This document shows, in pieces, positions 1-9,171 of a stretch of DNA of 64,000 nucleotides. Numbering within the stretch: position 1 is the stretch's first letter; each line of letters begins with the position of its first letter. The notes beneath the pieces are model-generated. The model made no database searches and was not told the DNA's origin. It worked only from the letters and a program-made list of their open reading frames with translations. Origin of the DNA: Candidatus Iainarchaeum sp. (GTDB lineage Archaea; Iainarchaeota; Iainarchaeia; Iainarchaeales; JAAZKV01); the NCBI GenBank assembly GCA_028691435.1, contig JAQUZG010000001.1, positions 66,921-130,920 of the forward strand, read 5' to 3'. The position numbers were made by a program, and so were the translations under genes.

Positions 1-2
1 AA

Positions 3-545
3 ACTTATCTAGAAGCAAAAAGAATAGGTAAAGTAGACAAAGATTTTATTTCATTTTGTGATTTTATTACAAAACAAAAAGAATTTTTTACTTCATCTTG
101 TTGTGCTGGAAGAATTACATTAGTTGGTCTTGATAAAGATGAATCAAAAAGAGAAAGTGCATTTCATCGAAAATGGCACAGAACTGTTGAATATAATGAA
201 ATTTTGGAAGGATTTTCTTCATTTGATGGCTATATTTTATGGTTTAAACAAGAACCATTAATTTTGCATCTTGGAACAAATACAATGGATAATGCACGTT
301 TAATTCTTGAAATCTGTGAAAAAGCAGGTTTTAAAAGAGCTGGCATAAAAGTAGCAAAAGATGGAAAATACATTGTAGAAATACTTGGAACACATAACAT
401 CAATGCCCCAATAAAAGAAAAAAATTCAATTGAGATTAATGAAGATTATTTAAAATATTTAGTTAAAAAAGGAAATGAAAAATTTAAAACAAATCAAAAA
501 ATGTTAAAAACTCTTGAAAAAGAATTTAAAAAAAATCTTAAATAA
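3..545 (+). CDS. taw3: tRNA wybutosine-synthesizing protein 3 (TYW3/Taw3), 5'-truncated at window edge
   Basis: The frame is open from nt 3 with no stop. The translation TYLEAKRIGKVDKDFISFCDFITKQKEFFTSSCCAGRITLVG carries the TYW3-type SSCxGRI motif. It continues into the listed ORF 204..545. Confidence 0.55.
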   Translation, partial: TYLEAKRIGKVDKDFISFCDFITKQKEFFTSSCCAGRITLVGLDKDESKRESAFHRKWHRTVEYNEILEGFSSFDGYILWFKQEPLILHLGTNTMDNARLILEICEKAGFKRAGIKVAKDGKYIVEILGTHNINAPIKEKNSIEINEDYLKYLVKKGNEKFKTNQKMLKTLEKEFKKNLK

Positions 546-563
546 ATTATTTTTTTCAGAACA

Positions 564-2093
564 TTAATTACCATAAATTACTTTTAATACTTTTTCTGGC
601 GAATAATAATAAGTTTGAATAAATTCAAGTATATCTTCTGGTTTTCTAATGTTTCTTGAAATCATCCAGTCAAGTATCATTTTTCTTGTTTCTATTTCTT
701 TTTTTATTTCGTTTTTTGTTAGTGATGTTTGCTCACTAAATTTTTCAATAGAATGTGATGGAATGTCAGTTCGTTTTAATTTTTCAAAATTTTGATCATA
801 TTCATATAAATTAGCCATGAGTACTTTTCCATCCATTTGACTTAATTCAGTTATTTCACTACAGTATCTAATAGTCTTGTCTTTATTGTGTTTTTTCTTC
901 ATTATAATTATAATATCAACTAAACTAATTAAGGCTGGGGGAATAGCAAAAGGTTTTTCTTGTAATTTTACAATTGCCTCTTTTGAATTATCTGCATGAA
1001 GTGTGCCAAGTGTGCCCCTGTGTCCATTATCCATTGCAGTAAAAAGTGTTAATGCATCATTTCCTCTAACTTCTCCAACAATTATTCTATCTGGTCTCAT
1101 TCTAAGTGAATTTTTAATTAAATCATTCATTGAAACTTCCATCTCAGTAGTATGTTTTGATTCAAGTGCGATACAATTATCTCTTTCAAAAAGTGATAAT
1201 TCAAGAGTATCTTCAATTGTAACTATTCTTTCATTAAGTCTTATAAAATTTGAAAGTGTATTAAGCATTACTGTTTTTCCAGTTGCTGTTCCTCCACAAA
1301 CAATAATATTATGTGGATAAATTCCAATTCCATCAACCATTGTCCAGAGAAACGCAGCAGCTTCACTAGTTAAACAATTAGTTTCAATTAAATCAAGAAT
1401 AGTTAAAGGAATTCTAGCAAATTTTCTTATTGTTAAAGTTGGAAATTTTGGCGAAATTGATTCATATGTAGCATTTACTCTGTATCCATTTGGAAGTCTT
1501 GAATCCATTAAAGGAGTAGTTAAACTAAAACTTTTTCCAGTTGAATTAGAAATTTTTCCAAGTATAGTGTGAAGTGATTTTTCATCAAGTGAAACATTTG
1601 TTTTACACATTCCATATTTTTTATGATAAATAAAAATAGAATTTTCTCCATTGACCATTAATTCTTCAAAATCATCTTCCATTTCAAAAAAATAAAGTTT
1701 TTTTAGTCCAATAGTTCTTGCAAGAAAATAATCTACAAATAATTCTTTATTTTTAATAAAATCTATTTTTTTAAACATTTCATTTAAACTTTTTTTTAAG
1801 TATTCATTATTTTTTTTATCAGGTAAAACTTTATTTAATTCATTAATATCAATACTTGAAAGAATATTTTCTCTAAAATTTAATGCAAAATCATCGGGTA
1901 ATTTTTCAATTAAAGATAATTCAGAAATTGCTCCATTAGTTTCAACAATTATTTTTAATAATTTAGCAAATTTAAATTCTTCATTAGTTAAAAAATTTTT
2001 ATTTAATTCATAAAAATTGTGGGTTATTCCTTCATAAATTGTGCCAATTCTAGTAGTTTCTAGTTTTTTTATTTTTAATTCAGCAAAACTCAT
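564..2093 (-). CDS. Archaeal type IV pilus/archaellum-type secretion ATPase (FlaI/ArlI/PilB/VirB11 superfamily)
   Basis: Walker A IIVCGGTATGKTVMLN, Walker B/Asp box RIIVGEVRG, His box GTLGTLHADN and 509 aa length are typical of archaeal FlaI/TadA-like ATPases. Confidence 0.8.
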   Translation of the reverse strand: MSFAELKIKKLETTRIGTIYEGITHNFYELNKNFLTNEEFKFAKLLKIIVETNGAISELSLIEKLPDDFALNFRENILSSIDINELNKVLPDKKNNEYLKKSLNEMFKKIDFIKNKELFVDYFLARTIGLKKLYFFEMEDDFEELMVNGENSIFIYHKKYGMCKTNVSLDEKSLHTILGKISNSTGKSFSLTTPLMDSRLPNGYRVNATYESISPKFPTLTIRKFARIPLTILDLIETNCLTSEAAAFLWTMVDGIGIYPHNIIVCGGTATGKTVMLNTLSNFIRLNERIVTIEDTLELSLFERDNCIALESKHTTEMEVSMNDLIKNSLRMRPDRIIVGEVRGNDALTLFTAMDNGHRGTLGTLHADNSKEAIVKLQEKPFAIPPALISLVDIIIIMKKKHNKDKTIRYCSEITELSQMDGKVLMANLYEYDQNFEKLKRTDIPSHSIEKFSEQTSLTKNEIKKEIETRKMILDWMISRNIRKPEDILEFIQTYYYSPEKVLKVIYGN

Positions 2094-2129
2094 AATTAAA
2101 TATATCTTTTTCTATATAATAATTTTATT

Positions 2130-3545
2130 ATGGTCCAAAATTTAACTAAAAAAATACAAAGTGCTAAAACTTTAATAAATTTAAGAAAAAAAATTTATTT
2201 TTCAGTTTTAAAAAAAGTTGTTCCAACAAAATCTGATTTATTAAAAGAAAAAAAATTATTTTTAGAAATAGAAAAAAAAGTTTTATCTATTGAAGGAAAA
2301 CATTCACATATTGAATGGTGTGGGTCATCAGCAAGAAATACTCATCTAAAGAATGATAGAGATTTAGATTTATTTATTATGTTTGATCGAGTATTCACTG
2401 AAGAAGAACTCGAAGGTGAAGGATTAAGAGTAGCTGCAAAAGTTTTTGGAAAAAATAAATATGAAAAAGCTTATTCTCAACATCCATATTTAAGAGGAAA
2501 AATTAAAGGGTTTGATGTTGAACTTGTACCTTCTTACAAAATGAACTCTGGTGAAAAAATAAAAAGTGCAGTTGACCGAACTTCCCTTCACAATAAATTT
2601 TTAACTGAAAAATTATCATTATCTCAAAAAAATGAAATTAGGTTATTAAAACAATTTTTAAAAGGAATAAATGCTTATGGGGCAGATCTAAAAAATTGTT
2701 CACTTCCGGGTTATGGGGCAGAATTACTAATTTATTATTATGGTGATTTTGAAAAAACAATTAAAGCAATTTCTAATTGGAAAGAAAAAGAAACAATAAT
2801 TCCATTTAAAACAAAATCAAAATTAAATTTGTCAATATTTAAAGAACCTCTTATTTTAATTGATCCAGTGGATGAAAATAGAAATGTTGCTTCTGCGTTA
2901 TCAAAAGAAAATTATGATAAAATGATTTACGCATCTAAATTATTTTTAGCTAATCCAACAATTAATTTCTTTTTTAATAAAAAACAAAATATGTGGCCAG
3001 TATCAAAAATTAGAGGATTTTTATCAAAAAAAGAGTTAATCTGTGTAAAAGCTTTTTTTCCAAAATCAATAATTGAAGATTTAATGTGGGGGCAATTTAG
3101 AAAATTTTTAAAAAAAATTTCACATTTTGTAAAAGAGAATGATTTTGTGATTGAAAATTCTAAAATATTTGGTGATGGAAAAGAAGTTTATTTTTTATTT
3201 CAATTTGAATCTTTAACTATTCAATCAGCAAAAAAATTAATTGGACCAAAATTTGATGATTTAGAAAATATAAAGAGATTTTTATTAAATAAAAAAGTTA
3301 TTTCTGGACCAAGAATAGAAAATGATAAAATTGTTATTGAAATTGAAAGAAAATACACATCACTCATTGAATTATTTAAATTATTTTTAAAAGAAAAAAT
3401 GATTGAAGAAAAAGATGGCGTAGTTAAAGCATTTAAAAAAGCTAAAATTTTAAATGAAAAAGAAATTATTGAAGAATATTCTAAAAATAAAGAATTTGGT
3501 AAATTTTTAATAAATTATTTAATTGGAAAAGAATCTTTTGAATAA
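2130..3545 (+). CDS. cca: CCA-adding tRNA nucleotidyltransferase, archaeal class I
   Basis: Pol-beta NTase signature WCGSSARNTHLKNDRDLDLFIMF (GS...DxD). Size of about 470 aa and overall layout match archaeal CCA enzymes. Confidence 0.75.
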   Translation: MVQNLTKKIQSAKTLINLRKKIYFSVLKKVVPTKSDLLKEKKLFLEIEKKVLSIEGKHSHIEWCGSSARNTHLKNDRDLDLFIMFDRVFTEEELEGEGLRVAAKVFGKNKYEKAYSQHPYLRGKIKGFDVELVPSYKMNSGEKIKSAVDRTSLHNKFLTEKLSLSQKNEIRLLKQFLKGINAYGADLKNCSLPGYGAELLIYYYGDFEKTIKAISNWKEKETIIPFKTKSKLNLSIFKEPLILIDPVDENRNVASALSKENYDKMIYASKLFLANPTINFFFNKKQNMWPVSKIRGFLSKKELICVKAFFPKSIIEDLMWGQFRKFLKKISHFVKENDFVIENSKIFGDGKEVYFLFQFESLTIQSAKKLIGPKFDDLENIKRFLLNKKVISGPRIENDKIVIEIERKYTSLIELFKLFLKEKMIEEKDGVVKAFKKAKILNEKEIIEEYSKNKEFGKFLINYLIGKESFE

Positions 3546-3583
3546 TTATCTATTTGTTATTTGAAAATAATTTTGTTTTTTTA

Positions 3584-3670
3584 CGGGCCTGGAGGGAATC
3601 GAACCCCCATCTCGGGATATCTTCAAATTATTACCGAAGTCCCGCCGGTTATCCATTGCCACACGGGCCC
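3584..3670 (-). tRNA. tRNA-Arg(UCG), putative, with ~15-nt intron 3' of position 37
   Basis: The reverse complement reads GGGCCCG..CGGGA-CTTCGG[TAATAATTTGAAGAT]A-TCCCG..GGGGGTTCGATTCCCTC-CAGGCCCG. It has acceptor and T arms with a GTTCGATTC T-loop. A 5-bp anticodon stem flanks the loop C-U-UCG-G plus an inserted 15 nt. The D-arm pairing is non-canonical and I could not resolve it. Confidence 0.6.
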
Positions 3671-3787
3671 ATATTATATTTTTAGTCATCTTTATTTTTA
3701 ACCTTTTTTATTGAAAAAAGTTATTTTATAAAGGTTACTAATAACAATTTCATTAAAAGAATATGATATTAATCTATTGGTGAGAGT

Positions 3788-3943
3788 ATGAAAAGATGTA
3801 CTATATGTAATAAAATTGTAACAAACGATAAAAGAGAATTCAAATGCCCTAGTTGCGGGAAATTAACTATCATTCGATGTGATGATTGTGAAAAAGCAGC
3901 AAAAACATACATTTGTAAAGAATGTGGATTTGTTGGGCCATAG
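3788..3943 (+). CDS. Small Zn-ribbon protein (COG2888-like, usually paired with aEF-1beta)
   Basis: 51-aa ORF MKRCTICNKIVTNDKREFKCPSCGKLTIIRCDDCEKAAKTYICKECGFVGP with four CxxC pairs. It lies immediately upstream of EF-1beta, as in many archaea. It is below the ORF-track size cutoff. Confidence 0.55.
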   Translation: MKRCTICNKIVTNDKREFKCPSCGKLTIIRCDDCEKAAKTYICKECGFVGP

Positions 3944-3952
3944 GTGAATAAA

Positions 3953-4219
3953 ATGGGTGATGCATTAGTTGTTTTTAAAATTTTTCCAGAAGATATGGAA
4001 TTACTTTCACAAATAGAAGAATCTTTAAGAAGTATAAATATTAATCAAATTACTTTTAAAGGACTTCAAAAAGAACCAATAGGATTTGGAATTGAAGTTA
4101 TTAAAGTTGGGTATATTGTTCCAGATAAAACTGATGGTTTAATGCCTTTGCTTGAAGAAGCACTTGCAAAAATTAATGGAGTTAGTCAAGTTGAAATGGC
4201 TGGCGTAACATTGATTTAA
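3953..4219 (+). CDS. ef1b: Translation elongation factor 1-beta (aEF-1beta)
   Basis: MGDALVVFKIFPEDME...GFGIEVIKVGYIVPD...VEMAGVTLI matches the archaeal EF1B fold and length. The track ORF starts at GTG 3944; ATG at 3953 is more likely. Confidence 0.75.
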   Translation: MGDALVVFKIFPEDMELLSQIEESLRSININQITFKGLQKEPIGFGIEVIKVGYIVPDKTDGLMPLLEEALAKINGVSQVEMAGVTLI

Positions 4220-4230
4220 TTTCTTTTTTT

Positions 4231-4890
4231 TTATATTTCAAAACCTAGTTTGTATTCTATGTCTATAATTAAATTTAGGCCATAATTTCGTGATTCTACA
4301 TTTTTAGCATTTATTGCTATGTGTTGTGCACCAAACCAAAAATTATGTAATATAGTTTTTAACATATCATTTTCAATTTTTAGTCTATATCCCACAGAAA
4401 CTTTTGCTTTTTTTAATCTAGCTAATGTTGCAAAAGATTCTTCCATTTTGACCGTATAATAATTAGTTTCTCTTGCTTTTTGCATAAATTTTGATCGATT
4501 TTCAATTATTAAATTTATTAAGTTTTTTCGTTTTTTTGTAGTTAAAACTAGTTTTGGAAGTTTTATACGTTTTTGAGTTTTGGCTAATTCATTTAAAGTC
4601 AAAATTAGTTTTTCTCTACCTAAATATATTCTTGATCTTCTTTTTTCTTCATTGTTATTATTTCTTTTTTTTTCAATATTTATTGCGGATAATCTCCTTT
4701 CAACAGTTTCAATATCATTTGCTATTTCTCTTTTATCAGCTTCACTATCAAACTCTCCTAAAGATTCTGTTAATTTTAATTGTTTTAATTGTTTTTCTAA
4801 TTCTATTCGCTCATTTAAACTAAGCGGTCTAAATTTTTGAATAACTTTAGATCTAGGTCTATTTGGTTGATGAGAATTTAATCTTGCCAT
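4231..4890 (-). CDS. Hypothetical basic/coiled-coil protein
   Basis: 219-aa ORF, K/R/E-rich with a predicted coiled coil. No motif recognised. Confidence 0.35.
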   Translation of the reverse strand: MARLNSHQPNRPRSKVIQKFRPLSLNERIELEKQLKQLKLTESLGEFDSEADKREIANDIETVERRLSAINIEKKRNNNNEEKRRSRIYLGREKLILTLNELAKTQKRIKLPKLVLTTKKRKNLINLIIENRSKFMQKARETNYYTVKMEESFATLARLKKAKVSVGYRLKIENDMLKTILHNFWFGAQHIAINAKNVESRNYGLNLIIDIEYKLGFEI

Positions 4891-4991
4891 ATACTATTAT
4901 GTGATTTTATCTTTTTATTTTTAACTTATTTTTAAATTTACTGGCATTTTACTTGAAATTTTATTTTAAATCTTTCTAATTATACTTATTT

Positions 4992-7043
4992 ATGATTAAT
5001 TCTTTAACTTTGATTAATTGGCGAACTCATAAAGAAACAAAAATTAATTTTGAAAAAGGCACTAATGTGATTATTGGTGTGATGGGGGCGGGTAAATCAT
5101 CTATTGTTAATGCATTATCTTTTGCTCTTTTTGGAACTTTTCCTCAATTAAAATCAAAACAAGTTTCATTAAAAGAAATAATTATGAATAAACCAAATAA
5201 AATGGATTATACAAAAGTAATTCTTGAATTTTCTCATAATGGTTTGAATTATATTGTTGATAGAAAAATAGTGGATGGGGCTACTGAAGCATATTTGCGA
5301 ACTATTGATTCAAAGTTAATTGCTGGTCCAAAACAAAAAGATGTTAATGAAAAAATAGAATCAATTCTTGGGTTAAATTATGAATTATTTAGTCGTGCAA
5401 TTTATGCTGAACAAAATGAAATTGATTTTTTCTTAAAATTAAGTCCTGGTGAAAGAAAAAAGAAATTTGATGAATTACTTGATTTAGAAAAATATGAAAT
5501 TGCTAGAAAAAATTCATTAACTTTAAAAAATCAGTTTGTTAAAGAATTTAAACAAAAAAATGATTTTGTTAATCAACAGAAAAAATTAATAGAAAATTAT
5601 GAAGAAGAAAAACTAAATGTTGATTTATTATCTAATAAAAATGAATTAGTTGATTTAAACTCAAAACTGGATTTACTAAATTCTAATTTTTTAACTATTC
5701 GATCAGAAAAAGAGGTTGCTGATAAAAAACTGATTTTATTTAATCAATTAAAAGATGAAATTATAAAAACAAAAACAAAAATCGAAACATTATCTTCTTC
5801 TATAGCTGGGACAAATCTGCAATCTAAAGAAGATTTAGATCGTAAAAAAGAAGAAACTTTTTCAAAAAAATTAAGTTTAATTAAATTAAAAGAAGCAAAA
5901 GAAAATGAAAAATCTATTCTTGATTTATCATTAAAAAAGATTTGGGAAGAAAAAAAAGTTAATGATTTTAAATTAAAAGAAATTGATTTTGAATTAAAAG
6001 AAATGTTAAATTTAGTTGGCACTTGTCCAAAGTGTAAGCAAAATTTAGATGAAAATCATAAAAAATCAATAATTGAATTAAACGAATCAAATAAATTAAA
6101 AATTATTAATGAAAATAATAGTTTACTTGAAAAAGAAAAAGAAATTACTCAAGAAATTACTAAAATTAAAAACGAAATGGCAATAAATGATAAATTAATA
6201 GAATCATTAAATTCTGACTTGTTTAATTTGCAAATAAACGAAAAAAAATTAATTGAATTAAATGAAAAGAAAAATCAAATTGATTTATTAAAAGAAAAAA
6301 TTCCAAAACTTGAAACAGAATTTGTTAATTTAAAAATTGATCAAACTATTGTTGATGAAATTAAACAAAAATATTTTGAATTAAAAGGACAAATTGATTT
6401 ATTAAAATCAAAGTTGATTTCAAAGCAAGACTTGATAAAAAGTATTGAATCAAATTTAATTAAAATAAAAAAAATTAAAGACTCTATTGCTTCTATTGAA
6501 ATTGATGCTATAAATGATGAGATTGTTTCAAAAAAACTTGGTGTTTTTGAAAATTGTTTAATTTCAACACAAAACGAATTAAGATTATCAATGATTGATA
6601 CAATAAATATTGCAATGTCTGATATTTGGCAAAATGTTTATCCATATAAAGATTATATTGATGCGAAATTAATTATTAATGATAATGGGTATGATTTTGT
6701 TGTTTTAAATAGAAACAATGAATGGGTTAGAGTTGATGGGATTTTAAGTGGTGGGGAACGAAGTGCGGGGGCACTATGTATTAGAATTGCTTTTGCGTTA
6801 GTTTTAACAAAAAATCTTTCAATGTTAATTCTTGATGAACCAACACATAATTTAGATTATAATGCAATTGATAAACTTAGTGAAATGTTTAGAGAAAAGT
6901 TACCAACTCTTGTTGAACAAATTTTTGTAATTACTCATGAAAAAGCATTTGAAACTGCAACAAATGGTAAAACTATTTTATTGACTAGAGATAAAAGTTT
7001 AGATGAATCAACAAAAGTAATTTTAGAAAATGAATTTGATTAA
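4992..7043 (+). CDS. rad50: Rad50/SbcC-family DNA double-strand-break repair ATPase (short, 683 aa) with zinc hook
   Basis: N-terminal Walker A GVMGAGKSSIVNALSFALFG, central coiled coil with CxxC hook GTCPKCKQ, C-terminal ABC signature LSGGERSAGAL, Walker B LILDEPTHNLD and H-loop VITHEK. Confidence 0.75.
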   Translation: MINSLTLINWRTHKETKINFEKGTNVIIGVMGAGKSSIVNALSFALFGTFPQLKSKQVSLKEIIMNKPNKMDYTKVILEFSHNGLNYIVDRKIVDGATEAYLRTIDSKLIAGPKQKDVNEKIESILGLNYELFSRAIYAEQNEIDFFLKLSPGERKKKFDELLDLEKYEIARKNSLTLKNQFVKEFKQKNDFVNQQKKLIENYEEEKLNVDLLSNKNELVDLNSKLDLLNSNFLTIRSEKEVADKKLILFNQLKDEIIKTKTKIETLSSSIAGTNLQSKEDLDRKKEETFSKKLSLIKLKEAKENEKSILDLSLKKIWEEKKVNDFKLKEIDFELKEMLNLVGTCPKCKQNLDENHKKSIIELNESNKLKIINENNSLLEKEKEITQEITKIKNEMAINDKLIESLNSDLFNLQINEKKLIELNEKKNQIDLLKEKIPKLETEFVNLKIDQTIVDEIKQKYFELKGQIDLLKSKLISKQDLIKSIESNLIKIKKIKDSIASIEIDAINDEIVSKKLGVFENCLISTQNELRLSMIDTINIAMSDIWQNVYPYKDYIDAKLIINDNGYDFVVLNRNNEWVRVDGILSGGERSAGALCIRIAFALVLTKNLSMLILDEPTHNLDYNAIDKLSEMFREKLPTLVEQIFVITHEKAFETATNGKTILLTRDKSLDESTKVILENEFD

Positions 7044-7059
7044 TTTTTTTAAAATAAAA

Positions 7060-7269
7060 TTAGTTAGAAGCAACTTTTTCTTTTGCTTCTTTTTTTGAAA
7101 TTCTTGCCATATATCCAGCTAAAACATTTCTACTATTTTTTGATAAACCTAGTTCTAATGGAGCTAAATTTTTTTTATTTGTTTCAAAATTACCACCAAA
7201 TTTTTCTGGCATTTCTGTTGTTAAAACTTCGGCTCTATATTTTAATCCTTTTGATACTGCTTTTCCCAT
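7060..7269 (-). CDS. Hypothetical small protein (69 aa)
   Basis: Protein-like composition, MGKAVSKGLKYRAEVLTTEMPEKFGG.... It lies directly downstream of rpoK on the same strand. Not recognised. Confidence 0.3.
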   Translation of the reverse strand: MGKAVSKGLKYRAEVLTTEMPEKFGGNFETNKKNLAPLELGLSKNSRNVLAGYMARISKKEAKEKVASN

Positions 7270-7280
7270 GTTATTCCCCT

Positions 7281-7487
7281 CTAAAATAATTCTACTCTTT
7301 TTATTGTCCCATCTGGGTATCGTCTAAGTACACTTAATGGTAATGATTTTTCTTCCATTTCTTTTTCAGCAACTCTAAGCATTGATAATTCTTTTGTGCC
7401 TTTAACTAAAGGAGGTGCTCCTAAAGATAATTGTAAAGCTCTTGCAGATAAAATTCTTGTTAATTCAAATCTTGTTAATCTACCCAT
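7281..7487 (-). CDS. rpoK: DNA-directed RNA polymerase subunit K (Rpo6/RpoK, Rpb6 homolog)
   Basis: LTRFELTRILSARALQLSLGAPPLV is the conserved Rpb6/omega motif. 68 aa. Confidence 0.8.
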   Translation of the reverse strand: MGRLTRFELTRILSARALQLSLGAPPLVKGTKELSMLRVAEKEMEEKSLPLSVLRRYPDGTIKRVELF

Positions 7488-7590
7488 TTTCTCACCAAGT
7501 AATAATTAATTTCTTGATAAGAAGCTTTAAAAAAGTAGCTTTTGTTTGATTATTTTTTAATAAATATTAAACTAGCTAATATTAGCCTTT

Positions 7591-9111
7591 TTATTGATTT
7601 CTGGTGCAAATTTTGATTATTTCTGGTGGATTTAAGTTATATTTTGTCAAAAAATCTTTAATTATTTTTAGTGGGTTGCTTCCTTCTAAGTAAATTACCT
7701 TTTTTCCAGAGTAATATGTTCTATATCCTTTTTTTTCTGAAAATTCTTTAAATTCATTAATTGTTTCTTCTTGAATACTAAGTATTGCTTTTGCAAGTTC
7801 ACTTGAAAAAAACTTTGATAGTTGATTTGTTAGATGAAATGGTATTTCATTTAATATTTCTTTATATTTTTGATAATAAATATTAAAATATTCTTTTTCA
7901 AAAGTTTTAGTATAAATTAAAGTATTTGTTTGATTTTCATTTAATTTATTTTTTTTATTAAATAATTCAAATAAAAAATCATTTTTTTTATTTAAACTAA
8001 TTGATAAAAAAGATTCTTTTTTTTGACAAAACCAAAATAGTTCATGATTTTTTTCAATTTTAATTTTTTCATCTAGGTATAATATTTGTGCATCAATTAA
8101 TGGGATTTTTATTTTTTCATTTAATTTAATTGGGCCGATGGGATATTTATTTGAAAAATTTGTAAATTTTCTTAATTCACGATCTTTTTTATTTTCATGT
8201 TCTTTATGGAATTTATCTGCAAATAATTTTGATTTTGTTTCATAATAAAAATTATTTTCATTAAAACTAACTTCTATTTTTGTTGAGGGTAAAATATTTT
8301 TATCAGTCATTTTGTTGGGTTTACAGCAATTACAATTTAATGTATCAAATCCAATATTATAAAAATTTTTTGAAATTAATTTTGAGATAGTGGCTCCAAA
8401 ATCAATTTGTGAAAAAGAATCAAGAATATTAAATGGGATATATTCTTTAGTTAAAAAATTCAACTTTTCATTAGTTTTTTCTAATGATTGGCCATGTTCA
8501 AAAAATATATTTTCTAAATATGATTCAATTATTTCTTGTTTATTTTGACTAATTCTATAAGGTGCTATTTTTAGTATTTTTGATAAAATTGCTTTTTTTA
8601 TTATTTCAATTGTATCTTTTTCATTTATTTTTATTGCTTGATTAAATGATACATTTTGAAAAACTGTTTTTTCAAAATCAATATATTTATCTTTATTATT
8701 TAATTCTAAATTTTCTTCAATCTTATTAATTTCATTATCGTTAATTTTAAATTCGTCAAAATAACTCCAATTTTTTTCAATTAAAAATATTCTTTCAGGT
8801 TCTAAAATTAAATATTGTTTGTTTATTGTTTTTGAAAATAAATTATTTAATTTTTTTAATTCATCAATATGCTTTGCTTTTATTTTTAAATAGTCATTTT
8901 CAGTTTCTAATAAAATGTTGTTTAATTTAAATTCATTTAGTAAATTTTCAAACGTGTTTTTTGTTAATTTTTCATTAGTTTTTATTTTTAAATAAGGGTA
9001 AAAAATAAAGTTTTTTCTTTGAGTATAATTTTTATTTTTAAATTCACAAAGAATCTGATTTTTTTCTTGATTATAGTTTACACTAACTAAATATGTGTGG
9101 GATGTAAGCAT
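7591..9111 (-). CDS. Hypothetical protein, last gene of the nurA-herA operon. N-terminus weakly resembles the family-B DNA polymerase N-terminal domain. Contains a CNCC cysteine cluster.
   Basis: YLVSVNYNQEKNQILCEFKNKNYTQRKNFIFYPYLKIK parallels the PolB N-terminal IxDxDYxxExGKPVIRxFKKENGxFKIExDRTFxPYxYA. No intact exo (DIE/YNGxxFD) or pol (YGDTDS) motifs. There is a 60-nt gap after herA on the same strand. Confidence 0.3.
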   Translation of the reverse strand: MLTSHTYLVSVNYNQEKNQILCEFKNKNYTQRKNFIFYPYLKIKTNEKLTKNTFENLLNEFKLNNILLETENDYLKIKAKHIDELKKLNNLFSKTINKQYLILEPERIFLIEKNWSYFDEFKINDNEINKIEENLELNNKDKYIDFEKTVFQNVSFNQAIKINEKDTIEIIKKAILSKILKIAPYRISQNKQEIIESYLENIFFEHGQSLEKTNEKLNFLTKEYIPFNILDSFSQIDFGATISKLISKNFYNIGFDTLNCNCCKPNKMTDKNILPSTKIEVSFNENNFYYETKSKLFADKFHKEHENKKDRELRKFTNFSNKYPIGPIKLNEKIKIPLIDAQILYLDEKIKIEKNHELFWFCQKKESFLSISLNKKNDFLFELFNKKNKLNENQTNTLIYTKTFEKEYFNIYYQKYKEILNEIPFHLTNQLSKFFSSELAKAILSIQEETINEFKEFSEKKGYRTYYSGKKVIYLEGSNPLKIIKDFLTKYNLNPPEIIKICTRNQ

Positions 9112-9171
9112 AACGTACTTACTTTTTCTTAATTTAAAAACAGTTTTTAAGTAGCTAGCCGGTGATAGTTT

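Noticed and set aside
1003-1320. Antisense or alternate-frame ORFs inside larger genes: 1003-1320, 4554-4840, 5744-6022, 7083-7289, 9767-9958, 10641-10970, 12208-12402, 14258-14443, 17210-17401, 17724-17927, 23372-24646, 25845-26099, 26895-27216, 29538-29981, 32328-32609, 33817-34035, 34678-35199, 36185-36394, 36955-37269, 41592-41792, 42286-42483, 53075-53366, 55308-55661, 55957-56175, 56613-56858, 59185-59670, 59966-60226, 60761-61018
   Set aside because: Each is embedded in or antisense to a longer ORF with clear homology or protein-like composition. Their compositions (F/L/I/S-rich) are typical of spurious AT-rich frames.
7591-9111. Considered the 506-aa herA-adjacent protein as a divergent Mre11
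   Set aside because: There are no phosphoesterase motifs (DxH, GDxxD, GNHD/E, GHxH) anywhere in the sequence.
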